Assembly (NCBI GenBank): GCA_050294405.1
Contig: JBNKOC010000001.1
Span: 1 to 64,000, forward strand
Source: Fibrobacteria bacterium
GTDB lineage: Bacteria > Fibrobacterota > Fibrobacteria > UBA11236 > JADFYW01
Length of the DNA stretch: 64,000 nt
Direction of reading: 5' to 3'
The position numbers and the translations under genes are program-made. The notes below the pieces were generated by a model, which was not told the origin of the DNA, searched no databases, and was given only the letters and a program-made list of their open reading frames with translations. This document shows, piece after piece, positions 36,870-46,799 of the stretch (position 1 is its first letter; each line of letters begins with the position of its first letter).

Positions 36870-39464
36870 CTACCTTTTTGGAGGAGAAAAAGCCAAAATG
36901 AAGCCGTCTTGGGTGGAAACCATCACATTTTTTGAGCTTATTAATGGGTTTCCAGGTAAATCAGGGAGTTTAAATGAGGCTAACTGTTCATGGTTAAAAT
37001 TTCTCCACTCCAAGGAAGGTTCCACGGTGGCAATCCAGTATGAATCCTCTTGTACAGTGGGTTTATTCAAGAGTGGCAGCGAAAGCGGAGATTCGTTTAA
37101 AAAGCCCCCGTTTAAAGCATTAACACAAACAATTTTTTTGCCGGATGTGGTTAAAACAAGTAAATCCTTTTGATTGCCGCTGAGGCTAAAAATTTGATCG
37201 GAAAAATTACGGGTCCACAGTACTTTTTTGATGTTTTTATCAATGCATATTAAGAGCCCGTTGTCATAGCCTGCAAATACCAACTGCTTTTGGCTGTGTA
37301 TATCGGTTATGGTTCCCTCGGGTAATTTTAATTGGAACAATATTTCACCTGTAATGGGAGAGAGGGAATAATAGTTTCCGTTGATTTCCACAGCATCCAA
37401 ATTGGATTGCCCCTCCACCGAACTTAACAACAATGCATTTTTGGATATCTTTTTATTCCATCCAAGGAGCAAACCTTCTGTGGAATTCGGCTGAAATTTA
37501 GAAAGGTTTCCTTCCCAGTCCGAAATAAAAATTTGGTCTTTAATAAAGCTATGGCTGCAAATGGGAGCAAGAGGATGGCGTTCGAAATATTGGCTATCCG
37601 GTTGGCTTATGTTTAGAGCCATCAACCTTTCATTGCCCGAAAAGTATAAGGTTCCGTTATTAATATGGAACAGCTTACTGTCCATAGAATGGTTGGATTC
37701 CCATACATGTTTTAATTTTCCGCTTTGGCTGTTTATAAAAATCAGGGATTTATTATCCCTTCCCATATATACCAGGTTATTATCTGAGACCGCCATAGTT
37801 GGAAAAACAGAAGGGTTCGGTTCTCTTTTCCAAATCCAATTTGCGCCAAGGGCATTTTTAAATTGTTGCAATTGGGGGGAGTTTTTCCAGGCAGGGGTTA
37901 AAAGGCTTTGGCAATATTTTTTAAGGGCCTGTATGTGCAGATCCGAGTGAGGAGATTGGTTAGATAGGTATAGATACTTAAACTTCCAGGCCAGGCCATT
38001 TCCAGGTTCCATCTTTAAAACTTTATTGGCGAATTGCAGCCCTGCATTGGGCTCTCCGTTTTCCAGCTGTTGGATAAAATCTTCCAGCATGGAATTGTTC
38101 TTTTTATAGGCGACACCCATTAAGTCCACATTTAAACTGAGAGCTTGTCCATTGCGGTGGATTAAACTCAAGTAGCCGTTGGAAAGAAAAGGTATGAGTT
38201 CTTGATTGTAATCGGACTCATAATACCATTTGGCATCCCCCTTATAGTCAAAGGATATAAAGCGATTGTCGGGGGTACAAACAATAAATTCTTCATCTTC
38301 CAGCAGGATGTTATTGGCATTGATCACTTTTTCCCATTGGATTTTTCCGGTTTTAACATTTCTGAATTGGATTTGCCCTTCTTCCCCTGAAGTCAAAAGG
38401 TTTTTCCCGTCGGAATAAAAGGAAGATTTTTTAGAAAAAGGAACTTCCCATTTTTTTTCGTTAAAACGGCTTCCTTTCCAAAGTTGCAGTTTGGAGGACA
38501 GTTGCAAAATGGCGAAGTCATCGAATAACAGGGCTTTTTCAATGGACTCTTCGGCAGTGGGCAAAGGAGATATATATCCTGTCTGCGTATCAACGAGGTA
38601 GTTGAGGCTTTCCCGGCAGGCTAATATGCCCAGGGAGTTTTGAATGCCCCCATGCCATTGGCAGTTGCGGCCCTGGTAGGAAATGCTACGCAGCAGGGAA
38701 TTTTCTTTAAATACATCAATTTGGCCGGGGTAAACAATAAGAAACATATTCTCTTCTGAAGATATGATATGAGCCCCTTCAATATTTTTGGTGTATTCAA
38801 TTTGAAAATCCATTTTATCCTGAAGAGAGGCATATCGGAGATAGCGCCCTGTTCCTGCAAGGAGAAAATTCTGGCATAAATCATAAACCTTTTCGTTTCC
38901 CTTCAAATTAACATCCAGTTCTTCGTACTTGCCTGGGGCTTTAAATGCCGTGTAGCTTACATTGAAGGTGGAAAAACCCTTGCTTTTGGTCCAGGTCTGA
39001 AAATACAGAACGTCCTGGCTATGGCCTTTTTTCCTGGGGTACACGGTCCCAATTTTATAATATGGGCTTTTTTTGAATACCACAGGCTCTACCAAGTCTG
39101 GCTTTAAATTGGCCATGCGCCGGTAAAGCCAGGTTTGCAGCTCTTTGGGAAGTCCGTCTTCGCGAACCGATTGTTCGTAATACACAACCGCCGAATCAAG
39201 CTGGTTTAAGTGGTCGTATAAATTTCCCAAGTAAAAAAGCGCAAGAGTTTTTTCGGGGCTTTTGGTTTCTTTTTGTATGAATCTGGCCAATTCAGTTTTT
39301 GCCCAGTTCTTATCGCCTTCGATATCTGCTCTAAAGCGGATGGATTCTAAATACAATCGCGAATTGGAACTCTCTGAATTTAAAGGAGAAACATCCCATT
39401 CAGAAGCCAGGCAAATAGACGTCAGAAAAATCCCCGAATATATGTATCTGGTTGCTGCTCTCAA
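36870..39464 (-). CDS. Exported TPR + PQQ-like beta-propeller protein (BamB-like repeats)
   Basis: Signal peptide; TPR ALFYLGNLY..AVVYYEQ; propeller blades VKTGKIQWE, PITGEILF, KVLWTRNF, STQDGFILAF. Confidence 0.7.
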   Translation of the reverse strand: MRAATRYIYSGIFLTSICLASEWDVSPLNSESSNSRLYLESIRFRADIEGDKNWAKTELARFIQKETKSPEKTLALFYLGNLYDHLNQLDSAVVYYEQSVREDGLPKELQTWLYRRMANLKPDLVEPVVFKKSPYYKIGTVYPRKKGHSQDVLYFQTWTKSKGFSTFNVSYTAFKAPGKYEELDVNLKGNEKVYDLCQNFLLAGTGRYLRYASLQDKMDFQIEYTKNIEGAHIISSEENMFLIVYPGQIDVFKENSLLRSISYQGRNCQWHGGIQNSLGILACRESLNYLVDTQTGYISPLPTAEESIEKALLFDDFAILQLSSKLQLWKGSRFNEKKWEVPFSKKSSFYSDGKNLLTSGEEGQIQFRNVKTGKIQWEKVINANNILLEDEEFIVCTPDNRFISFDYKGDAKWYYESDYNQELIPFLSNGYLSLIHRNGQALSLNVDLMGVAYKKNNSMLEDFIQQLENGEPNAGLQFANKVLKMEPGNGLAWKFKYLYLSNQSPHSDLHIQALKKYCQSLLTPAWKNSPQLQQFKNALGANWIWKREPNPSVFPTMAVSDNNLVYMGRDNKSLIFINSQSGKLKHVWESNHSMDSKLFHINNGTLYFSGNERLMALNISQPDSQYFERHPLAPICSHSFIKDQIFISDWEGNLSKFQPNSTEGLLLGWNKKISKNALLLSSVEGQSNLDAVEINGNYYSLSPITGEILFQLKLPEGTITDIHSQKQLVFAGYDNGLLICIDKNIKKVLWTRNFSDQIFSLSGNQKDLLVLTTSGKKIVCVNALNGGFLNESPLSLPLLNKPTVQEDSYWIATVEPSLEWRNFNHEQLASFKLPDLPGNPLISSKNVMVSTQDGFILAFSPPKR

Positions 39465-39483
39465 CTAGCCGCCTCCCTGATGT

Positions 39484-40185
39484 TTAACCTTCCAATTCGG
39501 GATCAAACTTATAGCCCACCCCGCGAACGCTTAGCAAATATTTAGGTTGGCTGTGATCCTCTTCTATTTTTTGTCTGAGTCTTGCGATTTGATTGTCTAC
39601 GGTACGGGTGGTGGGCATATTTTCGATGCTGTATCCCCATATATTTTGAAGTAAATCTTCCCTGGTCACCACTTCGCCTCTGTGGTCATTAAAGTATTTT
39701 AAAATTTGAATTTCTTTAGAGGAAATATCCAGCGGATCGCCATGTCGGCTCGCGGTGTATTTTTTAAAATTGATTTCAATATCTCCAATGGTCAAGGAAT
39801 CGCTGGGTTTATCGGGTTTTTTGTTTAAGCGGCGCAACATGCTTTTAATGCGGGCATTAAGCTCCATAAAACTAAAGGGCTTTGTCATGTAATCGTCTGC
39901 GCCCATGTTAAATCCGGATAACTTATCAATTTCATCGCTTTTGGCGGTGAGCATCAATATGAAGATATCCGGTTGGGATTTTCTGAGGGATCGGCATACA
40001 TCAAAGCCCGATTTTTTAGGAAGCATCACATCAAGCACAACCAGGTCGGGCTTCCAGTTTTGGGCGATGTCCAGGGCTTTTTCACCATCTTCCGCCTCTT
40101 CTATGGAATAGCCTTCCATTTCCAGGGTGTCTACAATTCCCAAGCGAATAGCTTCTTCATCTTCCACCACTAATATTTTGTTCAT
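39484..40185 (-). CDS. OmpR/PhoB-family DNA-binding response regulator
   Basis: ILVVEDE, LDVMLP, GADDYMTKPF, wHTH TRTVDNQIARLRQKIE..VRGVGYKF. Confidence 0.95.
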   Translation of the reverse strand: MNKILVVEDEEAIRLGIVDTLEMEGYSIEEAEDGEKALDIAQNWKPDLVVLDVMLPKKSGFDVCRSLRKSQPDIFILMLTAKSDEIDKLSGFNMGADDYMTKPFSFMELNARIKSMLRRLNKKPDKPSDSLTIGDIEINFKKYTASRHGDPLDISSKEIQILKYFNDHRGEVVTREDLLQNIWGYSIENMPTTRTVDNQIARLRQKIEEDHSQPKYLLSVRGVGYKFDPELEG

Positions 40186-40226
40186 ACGGCGTATTTTCCT
40201 TTAAAATGACTTACTAAATCCCGGTA

Positions 40227-42251
40227 TTAATTTCCATTTTTTGGGCTATTTTCAGCAATTTTTTCCTCAGGCAGACTTTCCGTGACATCTGGCAAATTTT
40301 TAAATACCAAGGTAAACTGGCTGCCTTTATTGAGTTTGGATTTCACAGAAATTTCGGCTTCGTGTTGATCCATAATTTGTTTCACTAAAGCTAGTCCAAG
40401 GCCCGTTCCTTTGGATTTTCGGGTAAGTTCGTCTTCGGCCCGATAAAATTTTTCAAATATGTACTTTAAAGATTCTGGAGCCATGCCAATGCCTTCATCA
40501 ATTACTTCACAAATCACCGCAGCTTCTTTCTTTTCAATATTTACCTGTACAGTGGATTCTGAATTGGAATACTTTAGAGCATTGTCTAAGAGGTTTTGAA
40601 ATACGGAACGAAGGGCTTCTTTATCCCCTAATACAACTGGAGCGCCCTCAATATTCACCTTGAGCTTAAGTTGTTTTTCCTGATAGGCATTATGGAGCAG
40701 AGGAGTCATTTCGGAAAGCAGCTCTTTTAAATTAACCGGCCGTTGTTCCAATTTGTAACCTTCATTATCCAAGCGGGTGGCATTGAGGATGTTTTCAATC
40801 ATGTTGTGTAGACGGTTGGATTCTTTTCCAATGAGACTGGCATATTTTTTAACTTTGGTTTCGGGGATGGTTTTATCGCTGCCTAAAATTTCAGATAGGA
40901 GGCGAATGGAAGTAAGTGGCGTCTTGAGTTCATGGGTAATGGCCGATAAAAAATTGCCTTTCATTTTTATCATTTTTTCTTCTTTGGAGATCCCTCGAAT
41001 AATGCTGAACGCCCCTAAAATCAGGGCCAAAAAGGAAAAACAAAGTAAGATGTATAGCAACAAAATTTTCGTTTGACCTAATTTTAATTTCCCGTCATCT
41101 TTGTGGGGAAAAACCATGATTTTCCATGGCAGGTACTGGGTGTTTAAAATTCTTTCCACGCCCCCTTCTGCGGGGACTGCCGCCCTGGAAACCCCTCCCA
41201 GGAGAATGTTATTCATATCAAAAATAGAAAAAGAAATATCGCTCCAGGGGGAGCCGGATAAGCGGGTGGTTTCGTTTTCAATTAAATCAAAAAACAGGGA
41301 TTGGTTGATTTTTGCCACAATTTGATTTCGGCTTTCTATCCAGGGAAATTTTATTTTTAAGTAGGGTTCCCGGTCGATGTATAAAACCTCCAAACCCTCG
41401 GTTAACACCTTTCCCTTGATTTGAAAAAGGAAGTCCGCCTTGGGTTTCCAGCTGCCGTAAACATAGGAGGCGTTTTTAAAAAATGTTTCTGAGCGGTTTA
41501 ATATATCCCAGATTTCGTCCCTCTTATCCCTGGGCAGATTTTCCATAGAGGTTAAAGCAATTAAAATTTCTTTGAGATAAAATTGGTACTCCCGGTAATT
41601 ATCGATATTTTTAAACTCTAAAAAATCGTTCACCAAGTACTGGCCGTATTCCAGGGTTTCTTTTTCCCACCCCAGTTGCTTAAAACACTGGAGTTTTAAA
41701 AGTTTAAATCCGAATTGGTAGGGGCTTCCCATGGGGCCTATTATGCGCTCGGATATATTGGATAAAAAGTAATCAATGGCCCGTATACATTCCCGATACC
41801 TTTGAGACTGGTAAAAGCCCTGGATGTTGTCTACCCAGCTTTGCAATCGGGGGTTGATTTCGGGCAGAAACATGCGCTTGGAACTTTGGTTTAAGGGCAG
41901 GGGAGGGAGCAAAATATTCTTTTTGTCGTATACCACAGCAGATTGGATGACTGGCAGAGAAAGCAAATCTGTAAGCACAAAAAAATGATTTTTGACCCGT
42001 CTACCGTGGGCGCTCACTATGAGCAAATCCTTTACCTGATCCAGATGTTCTTTTTCCGCCTTTTTTATGGTGCGCTCGCAAAAGGCCAAAAAATCTTCGC
42101 GGTGGGTAATAAGGCTTTTTTCCAAAACCGTTTTTTCATTTTTAATGGTTTTAAAACTGAGATAACCCAATATGATGCCAGGCACAGAAATGCTGAGCAA
42201 AAACATGAGTTGGATTCGGTTCTTAAAGGGAGCCATATGGCCAGTCACCAA
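40227..42251 (-). CDS. Membrane sensor histidine kinase with large extracytoplasmic domain
   Basis: Two TMs, THELKTPL, NLLDNALKY, DEGIG, FYR, GTGLGL. Confidence 0.92.
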   Translation of the reverse strand: MVTGHMAPFKNRIQLMFLLSISVPGIILGYLSFKTIKNEKTVLEKSLITHREDFLAFCERTIKKAEKEHLDQVKDLLIVSAHGRRVKNHFFVLTDLLSLPVIQSAVVYDKKNILLPPLPLNQSSKRMFLPEINPRLQSWVDNIQGFYQSQRYRECIRAIDYFLSNISERIIGPMGSPYQFGFKLLKLQCFKQLGWEKETLEYGQYLVNDFLEFKNIDNYREYQFYLKEILIALTSMENLPRDKRDEIWDILNRSETFFKNASYVYGSWKPKADFLFQIKGKVLTEGLEVLYIDREPYLKIKFPWIESRNQIVAKINQSLFFDLIENETTRLSGSPWSDISFSIFDMNNILLGGVSRAAVPAEGGVERILNTQYLPWKIMVFPHKDDGKLKLGQTKILLLYILLCFSFLALILGAFSIIRGISKEEKMIKMKGNFLSAITHELKTPLTSIRLLSEILGSDKTIPETKVKKYASLIGKESNRLHNMIENILNATRLDNEGYKLEQRPVNLKELLSEMTPLLHNAYQEKQLKLKVNIEGAPVVLGDKEALRSVFQNLLDNALKYSNSESTVQVNIEKKEAAVICEVIDEGIGMAPESLKYIFEKFYRAEDELTRKSKGTGLGLALVKQIMDQHEAEISVKSKLNKGSQFTLVFKNLPDVTESLPEEKIAENSPKNGN

Positions 42252-43132
42252 AGGGGAAAGTTAAACAAGAAATTAAATTTTATAGCCTGAAATGACCATT
42301 TGATAGGATCCTCATTTGTGTTTTTCAACAGCATTCCCCAATTTCCCTTAGCTTTGTATTCCAACTGGCAAAGGGCCATTTCAGAATAAATTGAAATAAA
42401 TTTGAATTTGCCTAAATTCATGCCCAGAGAAAACTCCTGGCCCACTCCAAATGGACTTGCTTTGGCTTTGGCAGAATGTCCGTTGCTGTATATCTCACTT
42501 TGAGGCAGGGTCCAAATCCTGGAGTAAGATAAAAACAAGGCCTGGTTTGGATTTAAATAGATCCACGCCATGGGAATTTTAACGCGAAGACCACCATATA
42601 CATTTAAGGCCGAAACTCCATAATTTGTTTCGAGGCTTTTGCTGCTGGCCTCTCCGCCCTTTGGATGTATATCGGAAACTTCAATAATAGCGCTCTGTTC
42701 CTTCCAGAATCTATTCAACTGTCCGAAAAACTGCAAACTGGCCAAAGGGGCATAAGCCAATTCAATTCCAAGTGGAAAATACACCATCACCGGGTTGTAG
42801 CCCTGCAAAATTCGGCCTTTAACGGCCTGGAGAGAGTCTTCCGGTGTTTCCAGGGCAAGGGCAGAATCCCTGCTATAGCGCTGGGCCAGAATGTAATTCA
42901 AATCATCTGAATAATATTTTTGGCTGCCAAATTCACTGAAGCCAACAGCTAATTTCAAAGCAATTCTAAGTTTGAGAAAGTCTTCAGTTATGGATACGGA
43001 ATCTTTGCTAAGGCTGCTGTCTTTTCCAGCCACTTTCGCGGGTCCAAAAACCGAAGCCCCCAGTGAGAGCTGCCAACATAGGCCAAACAAAAAAATGGCT
43101 GAAAGTCTTAGAGTAGAATTAGTAATCTTCAT
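42245..43132 (-). CDS. Exported hypothetical protein, possible outer-membrane beta-barrel
   Basis: Signal peptide, alternating hydrophobic strands, aromatic C-terminus FNFLFNFPLW. Confidence 0.55.
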   Translation of the reverse strand: MKITNSTLRLSAIFLFGLCWQLSLGASVFGPAKVAGKDSSLSKDSVSITEDFLKLRIALKLAVGFSEFGSQKYYSDDLNYILAQRYSRDSALALETPEDSLQAVKGRILQGYNPVMVYFPLGIELAYAPLASLQFFGQLNRFWKEQSAIIEVSDIHPKGGEASSKSLETNYGVSALNVYGGLRVKIPMAWIYLNPNQALFLSYSRIWTLPQSEIYSNGHSAKAKASPFGVGQEFSLGMNLGKFKFISIYSEMALCQLEYKAKGNWGMLLKNTNEDPIKWSFQAIKFNFLFNFPLW

Positions 43133-43138
43133 AGTGGT

Positions 43139-43714
43139 TCAATAAATATTATTCTGCTCAATATAATGAATTAGCCTCTGGTGTATTTTATTTTCTCCCA
43201 GCCCTGTTTTTTTTGCCAGCTCTTGCCTTATGGCAGATGAACTCAGGGGCAAAAGCTCCACTCCAATTTTAATAGCTTTTCTATGGGAGAAATCCTTTAT
43301 TTCCTTCTCATGCCTTGGGTACACTGCGATTTGGCATAGATTTAAAATCTCTTTCCACTCATACCAGCTCTCAAAACTGTTCCAGTTGTCGGCACCCATA
43401 AGCCAATACCAATGGGTAATTTGGGGATATTTTTTTTGCATCGCCCTTAAACTGTGCAGGGCATAACTGGGCCCGGAAAGGTCTTCTTCCAGAGTTTCCA
43501 CTGTATGTTGCTTCCTGTCTTTTAAAAGCAACGACAACATCTGGCAGCGCTGGGAAAAGTCGGCCACAAATTCTTTTCCGGTAGGAGCTTTATAGGTGGG
43601 AAGCCAAAACAATATATCAGCATTGAGCTGCTTTATAGCCTCTTCGGCCAGTTGGAGGTGTCCTGAATGAGGAGGATCGAAAGCCCCTCCGAAGATGCAA
43701 GCCTTTTGGGCCAT
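43139..43714 (-). CDS. nadD: Nicotinate-nucleotide adenylyltransferase
   Basis: FGGAFDPPHSGH, MGADN..W..W, SSSAIR, YIEQNNIY. Confidence 0.92.
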   Translation of the reverse strand: MAQKACIFGGAFDPPHSGHLQLAEEAIKQLNADILFWLPTYKAPTGKEFVADFSQRCQMLSLLLKDRKQHTVETLEEDLSGPSYALHSLRAMQKKYPQITHWYWLMGADNWNSFESWYEWKEILNLCQIAVYPRHEKEIKDFSHRKAIKIGVELLPLSSSAIRQELAKKTGLGENKIHQRLIHYIEQNNIY

Positions 43715-44554
43715 TTATAAACTTTGCTGGTTTTTCTCGGAAACAGGTTTTAAGCTTTTTTTCTTTTCTTTCTGCTTTTGCGCTAAGGTCTTTTTGACCT
43801 TTTCCAATTTGGAATAGAGTTCTTCACCTTTTTTTACTTCTTTTAGCTCGTCCAAGTGAAGCTGGGCCTGTTCGTATTGGTGAAGATGTATATAGCTTTC
43901 CGCCATTTTTAAATGCAAATCTTCTTTATTAACATAGTCGCCATAGCGGTTTAAAGCGCTTTTGTAGTAAATAATAGCAGACTGATGTTCTTTCATTTTT
44001 TTGTACAGGCGGGCAATTTTAAGTTCTCTTTTTGCCAACCAGGTTCTGAGTTTGGCTAAATAACCATTGGCGCTGTCTGTTAAATTAGAAGCGGGGTATT
44101 CTTTTAAAAACTCCTCAAAATAATCTATAGCCTCTAAAGTGGGTTTTTGATCCCGTCCCACGGAATATATCTGGTGGTATGAGGCTATTGCATTTCTAAA
44201 CTGGGCGTTTTCTGCCAGGGGAGAGGCGGGAAAGGTCCTCACAAAGTTCGAGTATTCGTGCTGGGCTTCCATCCATTCCTTTAAATTAAAATGGGCCTCA
44301 CCCAGGCGATAAAGGGCCTCTTCAATAAATTTTGATCCGGAACAAACAGACAATAAATCATTCAAAGGGATCTTAACTGCGGAGTATTTACCTTTTTCAA
44401 ATTTTTCGGAAACAGCATCGTATTTGTCTTGGCAGGATTGTTCGTGGCTGATATTCTTGTTGGAGCTACAGGCAACAATTACAAGTAGAGAAGCAAAAAG
44501 GATAAAACTGGTTTTCAAACTAAAATTCCTGTTAAAAGCTTTTTTTTGAAGCAA
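43715..44554 (-). CDS. bamD: Outer membrane protein assembly factor BamD (TPR lipoprotein)
   Basis: Lipobox IVAC, TPRs, RDQ..T.EAI..F.EFL..YP.S, LAKRELKIARLY. Confidence 0.85.
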   Translation of the reverse strand: MLQKKAFNRNFSLKTSFILFASLLVIVACSSNKNISHEQSCQDKYDAVSEKFEKGKYSAVKIPLNDLLSVCSGSKFIEEALYRLGEAHFNLKEWMEAQHEYSNFVRTFPASPLAENAQFRNAIASYHQIYSVGRDQKPTLEAIDYFEEFLKEYPASNLTDSANGYLAKLRTWLAKRELKIARLYKKMKEHQSAIIYYKSALNRYGDYVNKEDLHLKMAESYIHLHQYEQAQLHLDELKEVKKGEELYSKLEKVKKTLAQKQKEKKKSLKPVSEKNQQSL

Positions 44555-44567
44555 TTAAACTAGAATC

Positions 44568-45374
44568 TTATTGAATTTTTCTCAATTCCTGCTTGGCTCG
44601 GCCCACATATTCACTGTCGGGGTAAAGAGACAGCAATTTTTCCAGTTCGGCTCTGGATTGGGTTTTGTCCCCCATGCGCAAATAAGCTAAACCAATTTTG
44701 TATTGGGCATCATCGGCTTTTTCCGTGGAAGGAAAGGTAAAAACCCTTTGGTAGCTGGCAATGGCCTTGGCATAATTACCCATAGCAAACTGACATTCGC
44801 CTTTCCAGAATATGGCATTATCAGCATAGGTGCCTTCGGGGTATTTTTCCAGAATTCGGTTGTACTCTTGAATAGCTTGAGAGTATTTGCGGGCGTAAAA
44901 TAAATCTGAGGCCTGTTTGTAAGCCTGGGATTCGGTTTCTTCGATTTTTGGTTTGTCTCCCTGGGGTTTTGGATTTGGGGTAAAGGTATTTCCAAATGCG
45001 GAGCCTTTTACGGAAGTTAAGTTTTGGGTCTTTTTCAATTCAGAATCTAAAAAGCGCAGTTCTTCGGAAAGAATGGCAATACGGTTCTCCAACTCTTCCA
45101 TTTTGGCTGCGCTTAAAGAGGCTAACTCTTCACCGATAATCAGCAGGCGGTTGTCAATTTCAATGAGTTTGGTGTTGATGGCCTCAATGTCCAGCTTGGT
45201 TTCTCTGGATAATTTCAAGGCTTCATCAGAATTGTCTTTTACCTGGGCTACGTCGATTTCAGGGAGCAATACATCTTCTACAGGAGCGGGAGCGCTCGGT
45301 GCGCAATTCCAAATAAAGGCCAGAGTAAAAAGACCGAAAACAAGTAACAATTTATTAGATATATTTCGAATCAT
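44568..45374 (-). CDS. cpoB: CpoB/YbgF-like coiled-coil + TPR protein (lipoprotein)
   Basis: Lipobox IWNC, coiled coil, YPEGTYADNAIFWKGE, KADDAQYKIG, YPDSEY. Confidence 0.82.
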   Translation of the reverse strand: MIRNISNKLLLVFGLFTLAFIWNCAPSAPAPVEDVLLPEIDVAQVKDNSDEALKLSRETKLDIEAINTKLIEIDNRLLIIGEELASLSAAKMEELENRIAILSEELRFLDSELKKTQNLTSVKGSAFGNTFTPNPKPQGDKPKIEETESQAYKQASDLFYARKYSQAIQEYNRILEKYPEGTYADNAIFWKGECQFAMGNYAKAIASYQRVFTFPSTEKADDAQYKIGLAYLRMGDKTQSRAELEKLLSLYPDSEYVGRAKQELRKIQ

Positions 45375-45462
45375 TTTTTTTTGGCTAACTATTGGGAAAA
45401 ATTTTGTTTTATTATTGGTTTCATCTTTTAGAATTATTCCATAAATTTGAGTTCATTTCCGC

Positions 45463-46797
45463 ATGAAATTGCCCATTTATATAATTGCTGAACATATTGC
45501 GCCGTTTTTTTACAGTCTGTTCATTATAACCTTCCTTTTTATTATCGATTTTTTGGTCAAATTACTTGATTCAATTTTGACAAAAGGTCTGGATATTTGG
45601 GTTATTTTAGAAATTTTTGTTTTAAATATGGCCTGGATGCAGGCATTGGCTATTCCAATGGCCTGTTTAGTGGCATCCCTAATGGCATTTGGAAGGCTCG
45701 CTTCCGATAATGAGGTGGTGGCCTTGCGAGCCCTGGGGGTATCTCCCCTTAAGATGGTGGGGCCCCTCATATTCTTATCGGTTATTTTGTGCGGCTCGCT
45801 CATTTATTTCAACGATCGCATATTGCCAGAAGCCAACCACCGGGCAGCCAGCCTTAGAAGTGATATTACCAGACAAAGGGCTCCGGCATTTATTACCCCC
45901 CGCATGTTAATTAAGGATTTTAACAATTATCAGATTTGGGTGGATAGCATACATTACGAAAAGGACCTTTTGTACGGGGTTAAAATATTTATTTGGGAAA
46001 AAAGAGAACCCCCCCGTTATGTTAGAGCCAAAACCGCCAGCATAGAATATTCCGATGACGGCAAATACATCTTCCTTAATCTATTTGGGGGCGAAAACCA
46101 CATAGTGGATAACCGGGAGAAAGAAGGCTACTTAAGAGTTCAGTTTAAAGAACAAACCATTGCCATCGAAAATGTGGATGCCTCTTTAGTGCGAAGAGAC
46201 AGAGTGGGGAGGACCGACCGGGAAATGTCCATTGATCAAATGAAAGAAGTCGTGGCAAAAGCAAAAGTTTCCCAGCAAAATTTGGTTTTAGAATTTCCCG
46301 CAAAGATTTTTAAAGATTTTCATGCCATGGATTCCCTCATTGAATCCGATACCAGCAACATTGTGTGGGAGCGTTTTGCCAATGAACCCTGGTGGAAAAC
46401 AGAACGCCCTCCAAAGGCCATTATCAGTAAAGTCCGCATTCAGGAAAAAGACAAATGGTATACCACCAGGCGATTGGATAGGCGCTTAAATTCTGAACTG
46501 GTCCAGGAAAGTCAGTACAGGGTGGAAATACATAAAAAATATGCCATTCCCGTGGCGTGTATCATATTTATTTTGGTGGGAGCGCCTCTTGGAATGGGAA
46601 CCCGAAGCGGAGGGCTAGGCCTTGCCACCATTTTAAGCAGCGGCTTTTTTCTAATATATTGGGTTTGCCTTTTAAGGGGAGAAGCCATGGCCGATAAACT
46701 TTTAATCTCACCATGGCTTTCCATGTGGGCTCCCAATATTTTAGTGGGGGTGGTGGCCTTATTTTTAATGGCAAGAGCCATGACCATCAGGAAATAA
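45463..46797 (+). CDS. lptF: LPS export ABC permease LptF
   Basis: AIPMA..MAFGRLASDNEVVALRALGVS, EIHKKYAIP, WAPNI. Confidence 0.88.
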   Translation: MKLPIYIIAEHIAPFFYSLFIITFLFIIDFLVKLLDSILTKGLDIWVILEIFVLNMAWMQALAIPMACLVASLMAFGRLASDNEVVALRALGVSPLKMVGPLIFLSVILCGSLIYFNDRILPEANHRAASLRSDITRQRAPAFITPRMLIKDFNNYQIWVDSIHYEKDLLYGVKIFIWEKREPPRYVRAKTASIEYSDDGKYIFLNLFGGENHIVDNREKEGYLRVQFKEQTIAIENVDASLVRRDRVGRTDREMSIDQMKEVVAKAKVSQQNLVLEFPAKIFKDFHAMDSLIESDTSNIVWERFANEPWWKTERPPKAIISKVRIQEKDKWYTTRRLDRRLNSELVQESQYRVEIHKKYAIPVACIIFILVGAPLGMGTRSGGLGLATILSSGFFLIYWVCLLRGEAMADKLLISPWLSMWAPNILVGVVALFLMARAMTIRK

Positions 46798-46799
46798 AA

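Noticed and set aside
46713..46799. N-terminal extension of lptG in the ORF track
   Set aside because: Overlaps lptF; ATG at 46800 gives a typical start
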